The translations under genes were made by a program, and so were the position numbers. Shown here piece after piece: positions 1-8,424 of a stretch of 51,294 nt of DNA. Source of the stretch: Candidatus Woesebacteria bacterium. GTDB lineage: Bacteria > Patescibacteriota > Microgenomatia > UBA8517. Under the pieces are notes generated by a model. The model searched no databases. It was given only the letters and a program-made list of their open reading frames with translations, and had not been told where the DNA came from. The stretch covers positions 183,920 to 235,213 of the forward strand of contig JAGUYM010000014.1 in NCBI GenBank assembly GCA_020061305.1. Direction: 5' to 3'. Each line of letters starts with the position of its first letter. Within the stretch, counting starts at the first letter, position 1.

Positions 1-8
1 AAAATTTT

Positions 9-1169
9 ATGCTCACCTTAGGTTTCCTGGGACTTTATTTGGTTTCAACTGGAGTGTCATTGGCTGCGTTTGTTTTTTTGTTTAAAAACAATTCATCATC
101 GGATAATGCAAAAACAAACAATGGTGTTATTTCAAGAGTTGATTTGAGTAAGCCAAAGACTGAAGAGTGTCCACTAAATGGTGCATATTTTACAAAAGAA
201 GAAAGAAAGTTTTGGGAAGAAAGGAGACCGATTGCTGTAATGATCGAAAATTCAATTGATGCAAGGCCACAATCAGGGTTATCTAGGGCAGATGTTATTT
301 ATGAGGCAGTTGCTGAAGGCGGAATAACTAGGTTTATGCCAATATTTTATTGTAATACCGCGTCACAGGAGGTAAAAGTGGCTCCGGTTAGGTCAGCAAG
401 AATTTACTTTATTAATTTTGCTATGGAGTATGGTGACAAGCCCATATTTATGCATGTGGGCGGAGCAAATAATTATTCAGGCAGTGGTGATACAGCAAAA
501 GAAGCAAGGGCATTGGAATTTTTGGAAACAATTGGTTGGAAAGTTCCAAGAGGAAATGATTTTGATACGACATATGATTCAGCCTATCCTGTTTTTTGGA
601 GAAATTATGAAAGATTAGGTAGAGAAGTTGCAACTGAACATACAATGATGGCATCTCTCGATGCTGCTTATGAACAAGCTAAAAAACGGGGCTTTGGATT
701 TAATGACGAGAACGGTAAGGCTTGGAATGAAAAATTTATTCAATATAAGTTTATTGATGGGAAACAAACAGGCTCAGTTTCAGAGATATCTTTTGATTAT
801 TGGGATAACAAGCAAGATTATTCCGTTTTATGGAAATATGATCCAACTAGTAATAACTATTTAAGGTTAACCGGGGGACAGGTTCATACTGACCTTGAGA
901 CTAAAGAACCGTTATTGGCTAAAAATGTAGTTATATTGTTTGCCAAAGAAAAGGGGCCTGTTGATAAAAACATGCATATGATGTATACAGTAACTGGCAA
1001 GGGAAAAGCTCTTGTTTTTCAGAATGGAGAAGCAATCGAGGGAACTTGGGAGAAGAAAGATGGATATGACAGATTGAAACTATTTGATAGTAAAGATAAA
1101 GAAATTGCGTTTGTAAGAGGAGTTACTTGGTTCCACATTGTTCCTGCCGGGAATACTATCAATTATTAA
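9..1169 (+). CDS. DUF3048 (YerB-like) membrane-anchored protein; frame is open to the window edge, so the true start may lie upstream
   Basis: RPIAVMIENS..ARPQSGLSRADVIYEAVAEGGITRF and APVRSAR motifs; N-terminal hydrophobic segment. Confidence 0.85.
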   Translation: MLTLGFLGLYLVSTGVSLAAFVFLFKNNSSSDNAKTNNGVISRVDLSKPKTEECPLNGAYFTKEERKFWEERRPIAVMIENSIDARPQSGLSRADVIYEAVAEGGITRFMPIFYCNTASQEVKVAPVRSARIYFINFAMEYGDKPIFMHVGGANNYSGSGDTAKEARALEFLETIGWKVPRGNDFDTTYDSAYPVFWRNYERLGREVATEHTMMASLDAAYEQAKKRGFGFNDENGKAWNEKFIQYKFIDGKQTGSVSEISFDYWDNKQDYSVLWKYDPTSNNYLRLTGGQVHTDLETKEPLLAKNVVILFAKEKGPVDKNMHMMYTVTGKGKALVFQNGEAIEGTWEKKDGYDRLKLFDSKDKEIAFVRGVTWFHIVPAGNTINY

Positions 1170-1187
1170 TAATTATTAAAATAAAGT

Positions 1188-1772
1188 ATGGCAACCATAA
1201 GCGATATAATCACTTCAAAAGTTCGGGTTAAAATTTTAGAACTTTTTTACTCAAATTTGACTGAAATGTACCATGTTAGGGGAATTGTTAGAGAAATAGG
1301 TGAGGAGATTAATGCCGTTAGGCGTGAGCTTCAGAAAATGGAAGAAATCGGTATCTTGAAAAAGGAACAGAGAGGAAACAGGATTTATTTTTTTGTAAAA
1401 ACCGATTACCCCCTTTTTGGGGATCTGCTTTCAATAATTTCTAAATCAACAGGATTTGGAAAAGCACTTCTCGATGCCAAATCTAAATTAGGAAAAGTTT
1501 TATACATAATGTTTTCAGGTAGATTTACAAGGCATAAAAAAAGAAAAACCGATGATGAGGTAGAAGCTTTGGTGGTTGGAGAAATTATTCTTCCAGAACT
1601 TGCATCAATCGTTAGGCTTTTTGAGTCCAAACTTGGTAGAGAAATAAATTATACAGTGATGAGCAGTGAAGAATTGGAATACAGGAAAAAAAGAAAGGAC
1701 CCGTTCCTTTTGGGTATTTTAGCCCAAAGTAGAACGATGATTTTTGGAGATGAAGAGGGGCTTGTTGGTTAA
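1188..1772 (+). CDS. Winged-helix protein with a degenerate nucleotidyltransferase-like C-terminal domain
   Basis: SKVRVKILELF...INAVRRELQKMEEIGIL wHTH; FSGRF...DDEVEALVVG resembles the GS..DxD NTase motif. Confidence 0.6.
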   Translation: MATISDIITSKVRVKILELFYSNLTEMYHVRGIVREIGEEINAVRRELQKMEEIGILKKEQRGNRIYFFVKTDYPLFGDLLSIISKSTGFGKALLDAKSKLGKVLYIMFSGRFTRHKKRKTDDEVEALVVGEIILPELASIVRLFESKLGREINYTVMSSEELEYRKKRKDPFLLGILAQSRTMIFGDEEGLVG

Positions 1773-2964
1773 ATTGCTTCTAATTGCAATTCTAGTTGGA
1801 ATATCGAGTTATTTTGTGTATTCAAAGGAACTTATCTTGGGTCTTGATTTATCAGGAGGAAGTAGGCTCATTTTTGATGCGGATACCACAAAAATTGATA
1901 CTGATAAAAAAGAAACAGCTTTGACATCACTAAGAAATGTGGTTGAAAAAAGGGTAAATTTTTTTGGAGTGTCAGAACCAAATGTGAGAATCTCCTCTTT
2001 TGAGGGTAAAAATAGAATAATTGTTGAGCTTCCTGGAATAAACGACCCAAAAGAGGCTGTAAATTTAATTGGCCAAACTGCCCAGCTTAATTTTGTTGAA
2101 GTAATTGATGCTTCACCATCTGCACAGATTAAAGAAACTGGAGTAACGGGAGCTGATATCAAGGCATCAACCATAGCTTTTGACCCAAACACAGGAAAAC
2201 CTGTAGTTTCTTTTGAAATTAAAAAAGAAAGCGAGGAAAAGTTTGAGGATTTAACAAGGTCCTTAATTGGTAAAAGAATGATAATTTTACTTGATTCAAC
2301 GGTAATAACAGATGCTGTTGTCCAGGATGTAATTATTGAAACAGGCCAGATATCTGGAAATTTTACACTCGAGGAAGCTAAGGAAATATCAAGTTTGTTA
2401 AATTCAGGTGCACTTCCCGTACCTATTAGATTGGTTGGAGAAGAAACAATAGGTGCGACATTGGGAATGGATTCCATAAACAAAAGCATTAAAGCAGGAA
2501 TTGTTGGCCTTGTCATGGTCTCACTTTTTATGATTTTAAACTATAAAAAAAATGGAGTAATTGCAACAATTGCTCTATTAATTTTTGGTGTAATTACTTT
2601 AGCTCTTTATAAATTGATTCCTGTGGTTTTAACCCTACCTGGAATTGCAGGTTTTACGCTTTCAATTGGGATGGCAGTTGATAGCAATATTTTGATTTTT
2701 GAAAGATTAAAAGAGGAGATAAAAACAAAGTCACTTGAAAGTGCACTTGAAGTAGCTTTTGGCAGGGCATGGGATTCAATAAGGGATGCAAATATTGCAA
2801 CACTTGTGACCGCATTTATTTTAGCAAATCCCTTAGAATGGGAGTTTTTACATGTGTCTGGTCCTGTCAGGGGTTTTGCAATTACACTTGCATTAGGAAT
2901 AGCTGTAAGTTTATTTACAGGAATATTTGTAACAAGAAATCTAATGAGGCTTTTAATTAAATAA
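1744..2964 (+). CDS. secD: Protein translocase subunit SecD (start may be 1750)
   Basis: LGLDLSGG, RVNFFGVSEP, LNSGALPVP, IGATLG, GMAVDSNILIFERLKEE. Confidence 0.95.
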   Translation: MEMKRGLLVKLLLIAILVGISSYFVYSKELILGLDLSGGSRLIFDADTTKIDTDKKETALTSLRNVVEKRVNFFGVSEPNVRISSFEGKNRIIVELPGINDPKEAVNLIGQTAQLNFVEVIDASPSAQIKETGVTGADIKASTIAFDPNTGKPVVSFEIKKESEEKFEDLTRSLIGKRMIILLDSTVITDAVVQDVIIETGQISGNFTLEEAKEISSLLNSGALPVPIRLVGEETIGATLGMDSINKSIKAGIVGLVMVSLFMILNYKKNGVIATIALLIFGVITLALYKLIPVVLTLPGIAGFTLSIGMAVDSNILIFERLKEEIKTKSLESALEVAFGRAWDSIRDANIATLVTAFILANPLEWEFLHVSGPVRGFAITLALGIAVSLFTGIFVTRNLMRLLIK

Positions 2965-2966
2965 AA

Positions 2967-3755
2967 ATGTTGTGGCTAAAATATAAATTACTGTACTTTT
3001 TAACATCTTTAGTTGTAATATCAGCAGGTGTTTTTGGATATTTTAAATGGGAGTTAAATCTTGGTCTAGATTTCACAGGTGGTGCAGTTGGAGAATACAA
3101 AAATGATTTTGGTGAGGTAAAAAAATTTGAAAAGGCGGGCATAAACGAAGAAGAAGCCATTAAGTTAAGAGAAGAATATAAAAAAAATGGATTTAAAGAG
3201 ATTAAATTTGAAATGGTGGGGCCAACAATTGCTCCTGATTTGGTTAAAAAAACAGTACATGCTTTAAGTTTATCATCAGCTTTAATTTTGATTTGGATAT
3301 CAATTCAATTTAGAAGTATTAAGTTTGGAGTGTCGGCAATTCTTGCCATGATTCATGATTCGATTGTATTAATAGGAAGTTTTTCTTTGTTGGGCCATTT
3401 TTTTGATGCTCAAGTTGATTTCCTTTTTGTAACTGCAATTCTTACAATATTATCTTTCTCTGTCCATGACACAATTGTTGTTTTTGATAGAATCAGAGAG
3501 AAACAAAAAAGAGAACTTGGAAGTTTAGAGGAACTATCTAATAAAGCAATTACTGAAACGATGGTTAGAAGTCTAAATAATTCTTTTACAATAATATTTA
3601 TGTTAGTGTCACTTATGCTTTTGGGTGGAGAAACAATTCGTTGGTTTGCCGTAGCCTTATTAATCGGTACCATCTCCGGCACCTACTCTTCTCCATTTGT
3701 AGCAGTACCATTACTTGTCATTTTCGACAAAATTTTTAGAAAGAAAGTCAACTAA
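2967..3755 (+). CDS. secF: Protein translocase subunit SecF (compact)
   Basis: GLDFTGG, VGPTI, HDSI, SVHDTIVVFDRIRE, GTYSSPFVA; follows secD. Confidence 0.95.
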   Translation: MLWLKYKLLYFLTSLVVISAGVFGYFKWELNLGLDFTGGAVGEYKNDFGEVKKFEKAGINEEEAIKLREEYKKNGFKEIKFEMVGPTIAPDLVKKTVHALSLSSALILIWISIQFRSIKFGVSAILAMIHDSIVLIGSFSLLGHFFDAQVDFLFVTAILTILSFSVHDTIVVFDRIREKQKRELGSLEELSNKAITETMVRSLNNSFTIIFMLVSLMLLGGETIRWFAVALLIGTISGTYSSPFVAVPLLVIFDKIFRKKVN

Positions 3756-5072
3756 AATTTCCCTTTCATTTGGTAGCATCTTGTTTTCTACTTTTTCAAA
3801 AATTTTTTCTAAAACCTCACCCACTTTTGGTCCACTTGGGATACCTAGAATCTCCATTACGTCTTTACCATTTATTTTTAAGTCCTTAATTGAGAATGGT
3901 TGTTTTTGAACTACAATAAGTCTTTTTTTGAATTCTTCTAAACGCCAGCTAGTTTCTTTTGCTCCACCCCCTAGCCTATCAGCAACTCTAAGGTTGAGCA
4001 TGTCCTCAATGTTTTCAATCCCAACGTTTCTAATAAACCTTCTTATGGCGGAATCAGTTTGCCTTTCATCAACAGTAAATTGATGAAATCTAACAAGTTT
4101 AATAAACTTATCCTTTTCTGCATTAGAAAATCTAAGCCTATCAGCAATATTTTTAGCAATCTTTGTAGAAACCATTTCGTGATTGTAAAAGGTGATAAAT
4201 CCTTCTGTTGATTTTCTATATGTTTGGGGTTTACCTATATCATGAATTAAGGTTGCAAATTTTGTTACTGGATCTTTAGATTTGCAAAATTTAAGACTCA
4301 TCAAAAGATGAGTTCCGACATCATAAATATGGTGTCTATTTGGGGATTTTTGATCAACTCCAAAACACTTGACAAGTTCAGGTAAAATTTCTTGCATCAG
4401 TCCTGATTCTTTCAAATGAACTATGCCAGAATATGCATTTTCATTTTTTAATATCTTAAATAACTCGTCCTTTATTCTTTCTTTGGCGATTTTATTGATT
4501 AAACTGGCGTTTGTTTTAATTGCCTCAAAAGTATTTGCTTCGATTTCAAAATTTAATTCCCCTGCAATTCTTACAGCCCTAAGCATTCGAAGCGCATCTT
4601 CTTGAAATCTTTCATTTGGATCACCCACTGCTTTTAGTGTTTTATTTTTTAAATCTTTTTGTCCATCAAAAAAATCGTGAACTGTGATCTGTGAACCGTG
4701 AACTGATAATGCCAAGGAGTTAATGGTGAAATCGCGTCTTTTTAAATCGTTTTCAAGTGTTTCTCCCCAAACTACTTTATCAGGCCTTCTATTGTCTGAA
4801 TATCCATATTCTGTTCTGTATGTTGTTATTTCGAATGGTTTATCAAACCCATCAACAACAAATCCAACGGTTCCAAATTTATTGTCGTAGAATCCCTCTG
4901 GTAATACTTTTAATATTTCATCAGGTGTTGCGTTTGTTGTAAAATCCCAGTCATAAACAATTTTTCCCATCAATAAATCTCTTACGGCTCCGCCCACAAT
5001 ATAAATTCCAAAGCCTTCTGATTTAAATTTAGATAAAAGACCTTTAACTTCATCAGGAATATTTAGATTCAT
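3711..5072 (-). CDS. cca: tRNA nucleotidyltransferase (CCA-adding enzyme family) with HD domain
   Basis: VGGAVRDLL, DWDFTT, DLKRRDFTIN, EDALRMLRAVR, HDIGKP. Confidence 0.88.
   Translation of the reverse strand: MNLNIPDEVKGLLSKFKSEGFGIYIVGGAVRDLLMGKIVYDWDFTTNATPDEILKVLPEGFYDNKFGTVGFVVDGFDKPFEITTYRTEYGYSDNRRPDKVVWGETLENDLKRRDFTINSLALSVHGSQITVHDFFDGQKDLKNKTLKAVGDPNERFQEDALRMLRAVRIAGELNFEIEANTFEAIKTNASLINKIAKERIKDELFKILKNENAYSGIVHLKESGLMQEILPELVKCFGVDQKSPNRHHIYDVGTHLLMSLKFCKSKDPVTKFATLIHDIGKPQTYRKSTEGFITFYNHEMVSTKIAKNIADRLRFSNAEKDKFIKLVRFHQFTVDERQTDSAIRRFIRNVGIENIEDMLNLRVADRLGGGAKETSWRLEEFKKRLIVVQKQPFSIKDLKINGKDVMEILGIPSGPKVGEVLEKIFEKVENKMLPNEREILVDFLSKNFVENDK
4677..4704 (-). repeat. Degenerate 7-mer tandem array inside cca
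   Basis: Coding strand AGTTCAC GGTTCAC AGATCAC AGTTCAC. Confidence 0.75.
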
Positions 5073-5076
5073 ATGT

Positions 5077-5086
5077 TAATATTATA
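5077..5086. promoter_or_regulatory. Overlapping divergent -10 boxes for cca and recJ
   Basis: Minus TATAAT 5086-5081, 8 nt before ATG 5072; plus TAATAT 5077-5082, 8 nt before ATG 5091. Confidence 0.5.
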
Positions 5087-5090
5087 CAGT

Positions 5091-6674
5091 ATGAAATGGG
5101 ATGTATTGTATGGTTCGCCGATTACAAATCACAAATCACTAATTACTGCGTTACTTGAGAATAGAGGCTTGAAATCAAAAAAAGAAATTGATGAATTTTT
5201 AAATCCAACTAAAAATATAAAACTTGATATACCTAAAAATATTCTTAAAAGACTTAACGAGGCAAAAAAGAATAAAGAAAAAATTGTAATTTTTGGTGAT
5301 TATGATTGTGATGGTGTTTGTGCAACTGCAATTCTTTGGGAAACAATGTATAAAGAAGGTTTTGATGTAATGCCATACATTCCAGATAGATTTGAAGAAG
5401 GATATGGAATCAAAAGTACAACTTTTGCAAACTCTAAATTTCAAAATCTAAATCCGAATTTAATAATCACAGTCGATAATGGAATCGTTGCTTACGATGC
5501 CATTAAAGAGGCTAAAAAAAGAGGAATTGATGTAATTGTTGTTGACCATCATGCACTTGGAAACAAGAAGCTTACTACACCCTACATACTGCATTCTACT
5601 ATTGTATGTGGTAGTGCTCTCGCTTGGTTTTTATCCCGCGAACTGTCCACTGTTCATCGTTCACTGTTCACGGGTTTAGATCTTGTAGCCCTTGGGACCG
5701 TCGCTGATCAAATTCCACTTTTGGGCATAAACAGATCAATTGTTAAGTATGGACTAGAAGAATTAAACAATACAAAAAGACTAGGCTTAAGACAAATTGT
5801 AAAAGATGTGGGGGTTCAAAATGTTGGTGTTTATGAAATTGGTTTTATGATTGCTCCAAGAATAAATGCTTCTGGAAGACTTCTTCATGCAATTGATGCC
5901 TTAAGACTTCTTTGCACAAAAGACCCCAAAAAAGCAAAAGAATTATCAAAAAAATTAAGCGAGACAAATATTGAAAGGCAAAAAATTGTTGAGGGGGTGG
6001 TTGCAAGAGTACTGGAAGAAACGAGTGATGGAGATAAAATCATGGTAATAAGCGGTGATTATCATGAAGGCGTGATAGGGCTTGCATCAGGAAAAGTAAC
6101 CGAGAAATATTACAAGCCTTCAATAGTTTTATCAGTTGGAAAAGAAGTATCAAAAGCTTCAGCGCGGTCAATTAATGGTTTTAACATAATTGAGGCTATT
6201 AAAGAAACAAATTTAATTTTAGAAGGTGGAGGGCATCCTATGGCTGCCGGGTTTAGTATAGAAACCAGTAAAATTTCAGAATTTAAAACAAAAATAAATG
6301 AAATATCAAAAAAATATCTAACAGATGAGATTTTGGAAAAAAAATTAAAAATAGATTTGGAATTGGATTTTAAATATATAAATATTAAATTAATTGAAAT
6401 TTTAAAAAAGCTTGAGCCATTTGGATATGGTAATAGTCAACCAGTTTTTACTACAAAAAAAGTAAAAGTTGTTGAAAGTAAAACAGTGGGAAGTGATGGA
6501 AAACATCTAAAATTAAAATTAGAACAAAATGGAATTAAATTTGATGGAATATGGTTTAATAATAACCAAACGCCAATAATCAACAATCAATACGACATTG
6601 CATTCACGATTGAAGAAAACATTTGGAATAACAAAACCTTAATTCAATTGAAAATTAAAGATATCAAATACTAA
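5091..6674 (+). CDS. recJ: ssDNA exonuclease RecJ (start re-called from 5073 to 5091)
   Basis: GDYDCDG, TVDNG, DHH, TVAD, APRINASGR, GGHPMAAG, LEPFGYGN. Confidence 0.95.
   Translation: MKWDVLYGSPITNHKSLITALLENRGLKSKKEIDEFLNPTKNIKLDIPKNILKRLNEAKKNKEKIVIFGDYDCDGVCATAILWETMYKEGFDVMPYIPDRFEEGYGIKSTTFANSKFQNLNPNLIITVDNGIVAYDAIKEAKKRGIDVIVVDHHALGNKKLTTPYILHSTIVCGSALAWFLSRELSTVHRSLFTGLDLVALGTVADQIPLLGINRSIVKYGLEELNNTKRLGLRQIVKDVGVQNVGVYEIGFMIAPRINASGRLLHAIDALRLLCTKDPKKAKELSKKLSETNIERQKIVEGVVARVLEETSDGDKIMVISGDYHEGVIGLASGKVTEKYYKPSIVLSVGKEVSKASARSINGFNIIEAIKETNLILEGGGHPMAAGFSIETSKISEFKTKINEISKKYLTDEILEKKLKIDLELDFKYINIKLIEILKKLEPFGYGNSQPVFTTKKVKVVESKTVGSDGKHLKLKLEQNGIKFDGIWFNNNQTPIINNQYDIAFTIEENIWNNKTLIQLKIKDIKY
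5119..6590 (+). repeat. Five separate degenerate 7-mer arrays inside recJ: 5119-5146, 5427-5461, 5572-5599, 5644-5671, 6563-6590
   Basis: e.g. CGATTAC AAATCAC AAATCAC TAATTAC; TGTCCAC TGTTCAT CGTTCAC TGTTCAC; TAACCAA ACGCCAA TAATCAA CAATCAA. Confidence 0.7.
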
Positions 6675-6889
6675 CGACCAACCCCTAAATTTTGCCAGAA
6701 AGATTTTGGTAGGCCTGCTGGCGGTACTTGATCTTCCTCGACAGTGGCGGGCGCTTCCGGTTGTAATTGTTCCTCTGGCACGCCAAAGCCTCGCGCTTGA
6801 TCAGCTGCAGTAATTTCACCTAATGGTTTTTGTTCCGCCACAGGTTCATATTCAAAATTTGGACCTAGATATAATTCTTTTATTGTCAT
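6671..6889 (-). CDS. Orphan 72-aa acidic, Pro/Glu-rich protein
   Basis: ORF with perfect SD AAGGAGGTGA (6905-6896) 6 nt before ATG; has its own promoter and attenuator. Confidence 0.75.
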   Translation of the reverse strand: MTIKELYLGPNFEYEPVAEQKPLGEITAADQARGFGVPEEQLQPEAPATVEEDQVPPAGLPKSFWQNLGVGR

Positions 6890-6914
6890 TATTTTTCACC
6901 TCCTTTTTAATAAT

Positions 6915-6941
6915 AAAAAACCTCTTTTGTAAAAGAGGTTT
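6915..6941 (-). terminator. Intrinsic terminator (3:4 hairpin of attenuator)
   Basis: Minus strand AAACCTCTTTT-AC-AAAAGAGGTTT running into a T tract then ATTATT. Confidence 0.8.
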
Positions 6942-6968
6942 GTCAAAAAAAACAACAAGACAAACCTC

Positions 6969-7016
6969 TTAGTTAAAGAGATTAATAATTGTCTTGACTG
7001 CATTTAATATTTTCAT
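6969..7016 (-). CDS. Putative leader peptide MKILNAVKTIINLFN
   Basis: ATG 7016 to TAA 6969; the stop codon overlaps antiterminator segment 2. Confidence 0.6.
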   Translation of the reverse strand: MKILNAVKTIINLFN

Positions 7017-7028
7017 AAAGCGACTTTT

Positions 7029-7080
7029 AGTTTATAAAACCCAGTTCATAGTTGTCAAGACACAAATTTAAATCTAAAAT
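7029..7080. promoter_or_regulatory. Back-to-back sigma70 promoters sharing the TTGTCAA/TTGACAA -35 core
   Basis: Plus TTGTCA(7052)-17-TAAAAT(7075), ATG 6 nt later; minus TTGACA(7058)-18-TAAACT(7034). Confidence 0.65.
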
Positions 7081-7086
7081 ACCTAT

Positions 7087-8421
7087 ATGAAACGAACCTT
7101 GGTCAAAGAAACTGTCTCTAAAATTGATGAGAAGGTATTAATTAAAGGCTGGATAAATACAGTTCGTGATCATGGGAAGATTACTTTTATTGACTTAAGA
7201 GACAGAACGGGTGTTATTCAGTGTGTTGGTGCAAATTTGGAAAAAGTTACCCCAGAATCTGCAATTGAAATTATTGGAAAGGTTGTCAAAAGACCTGAAA
7301 AATTAATTAATAAAGATATTGAAACAGGTGAAGTTGAGGTTCAAATTGGAGAAGTGAAGATTTTAAATTTGTCTCAAGAATTACCTTTTGATATGGGCAA
7401 AATAGATTTGGATTTGAGTTTACCAACCCTTTTAGACAACAGATCCTTAACACTTAAAAATCAGAAACAAGCCGCAATATTTAAGGTACAAAACGAGGTG
7501 GCAAAAGCTTTCAGAAAAGCGTCAGAGGATATAAGTTGTCAGGAAATTTTTGTTCCAACAATTTCGGCATCATCGACTGAAGGCGGTTCTGAAGTTTTTG
7601 AGATCAAATACTATGATCACAAGGCATTTTTGACACAAAGCCCACAGTTATACAAGCAAATTGCAGTTGGCGCATTTGAAAGAGTTTATTTGTTTTCCCA
7701 TGCCTATAGAGCAGAACCATCGGTAACAACAAGGCATCTATCAGAAGTTGTTCAGATGGATTGTGAAATAGCATTTGTTGAAAATTTTGAAGAGTTGCTT
7801 GATACGGTTGAGTATGTGGGAACGAAGATGATAGTTGATGCATACCAAAATAGTCTTGATCAAATGAAACTGTATCAAGTAAAAAAACCCATTCTCGAAA
7901 ATAAAGTGCCTAGATTAACTCTTCATGAAGCACAAAAAATCATTGAAGAAAGAACCGATCGAAAGGTTGTTGGAGAAAAGGATTTATCACCTGAAGATGA
8001 AACGGAGATATGCAGATGGGCGCTTGAGGAAAAAAGGAGCGATTTTGTAACAGTTACCCATTTCCCAACAAAGAAAAGAGCGTTTTATACAATGCCTGAT
8101 CCAAATAATCCAGAATTTAGTTTGTCATATGATTTGCTTTTTAGGGGTGTTGAAATATGTTCAGGAAGTCAAAGAATAAATGATTACCAAATACTTGTGG
8201 ATGCAATCAAAAGCAGAGGAATGAATCCAAAAGATTTTGAAATGTATTTACAAACTTTTAAATTTGGTATGCCACCCGAAGGGGGGTTTTCATTTGGATT
8301 AGAGAGAATAACAATGAAGCTTTTAGAACTTAAAAATGTGCGTGAGGCTTCACTATTCCCAAGAGATATGGAAAGGGTTGATGTGAGATTTTCACAAGTT
8401 GAGGAAGCTTCAAAAAAATAA
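7087..8421 (+). CDS. aspS: Aspartyl-tRNA synthetase, short archaeal/non-discriminating type
   Basis: OB-fold VRDHGKITFIDLRD, LTQSPQLYKQ, YRAEPS.T.RHL, GMPPEGGFSFGLER. Confidence 0.85.
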   Translation: MKRTLVKETVSKIDEKVLIKGWINTVRDHGKITFIDLRDRTGVIQCVGANLEKVTPESAIEIIGKVVKRPEKLINKDIETGEVEVQIGEVKILNLSQELPFDMGKIDLDLSLPTLLDNRSLTLKNQKQAAIFKVQNEVAKAFRKASEDISCQEIFVPTISASSTEGGSEVFEIKYYDHKAFLTQSPQLYKQIAVGAFERVYLFSHAYRAEPSVTTRHLSEVVQMDCEIAFVENFEELLDTVEYVGTKMIVDAYQNSLDQMKLYQVKKPILENKVPRLTLHEAQKIIEERTDRKVVGEKDLSPEDETEICRWALEEKRSDFVTVTHFPTKKRAFYTMPDPNNPEFSLSYDLLFRGVEICSGSQRINDYQILVDAIKSRGMNPKDFEMYLQTFKFGMPPEGGFSFGLERITMKLLELKNVREASLFPRDMERVDVRFSQVEEASKK

Positions 8422-8424
8422 ATC

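Larger units (their letters stand above)
6915..7016 (-). promoter_or_regulatory. Leader-peptide transcription attenuator
   Basis: Mutually exclusive 1:2, 12-bp 2:3 and 3:4 stems overlapping a 15-codon uORF. Confidence 0.75.
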
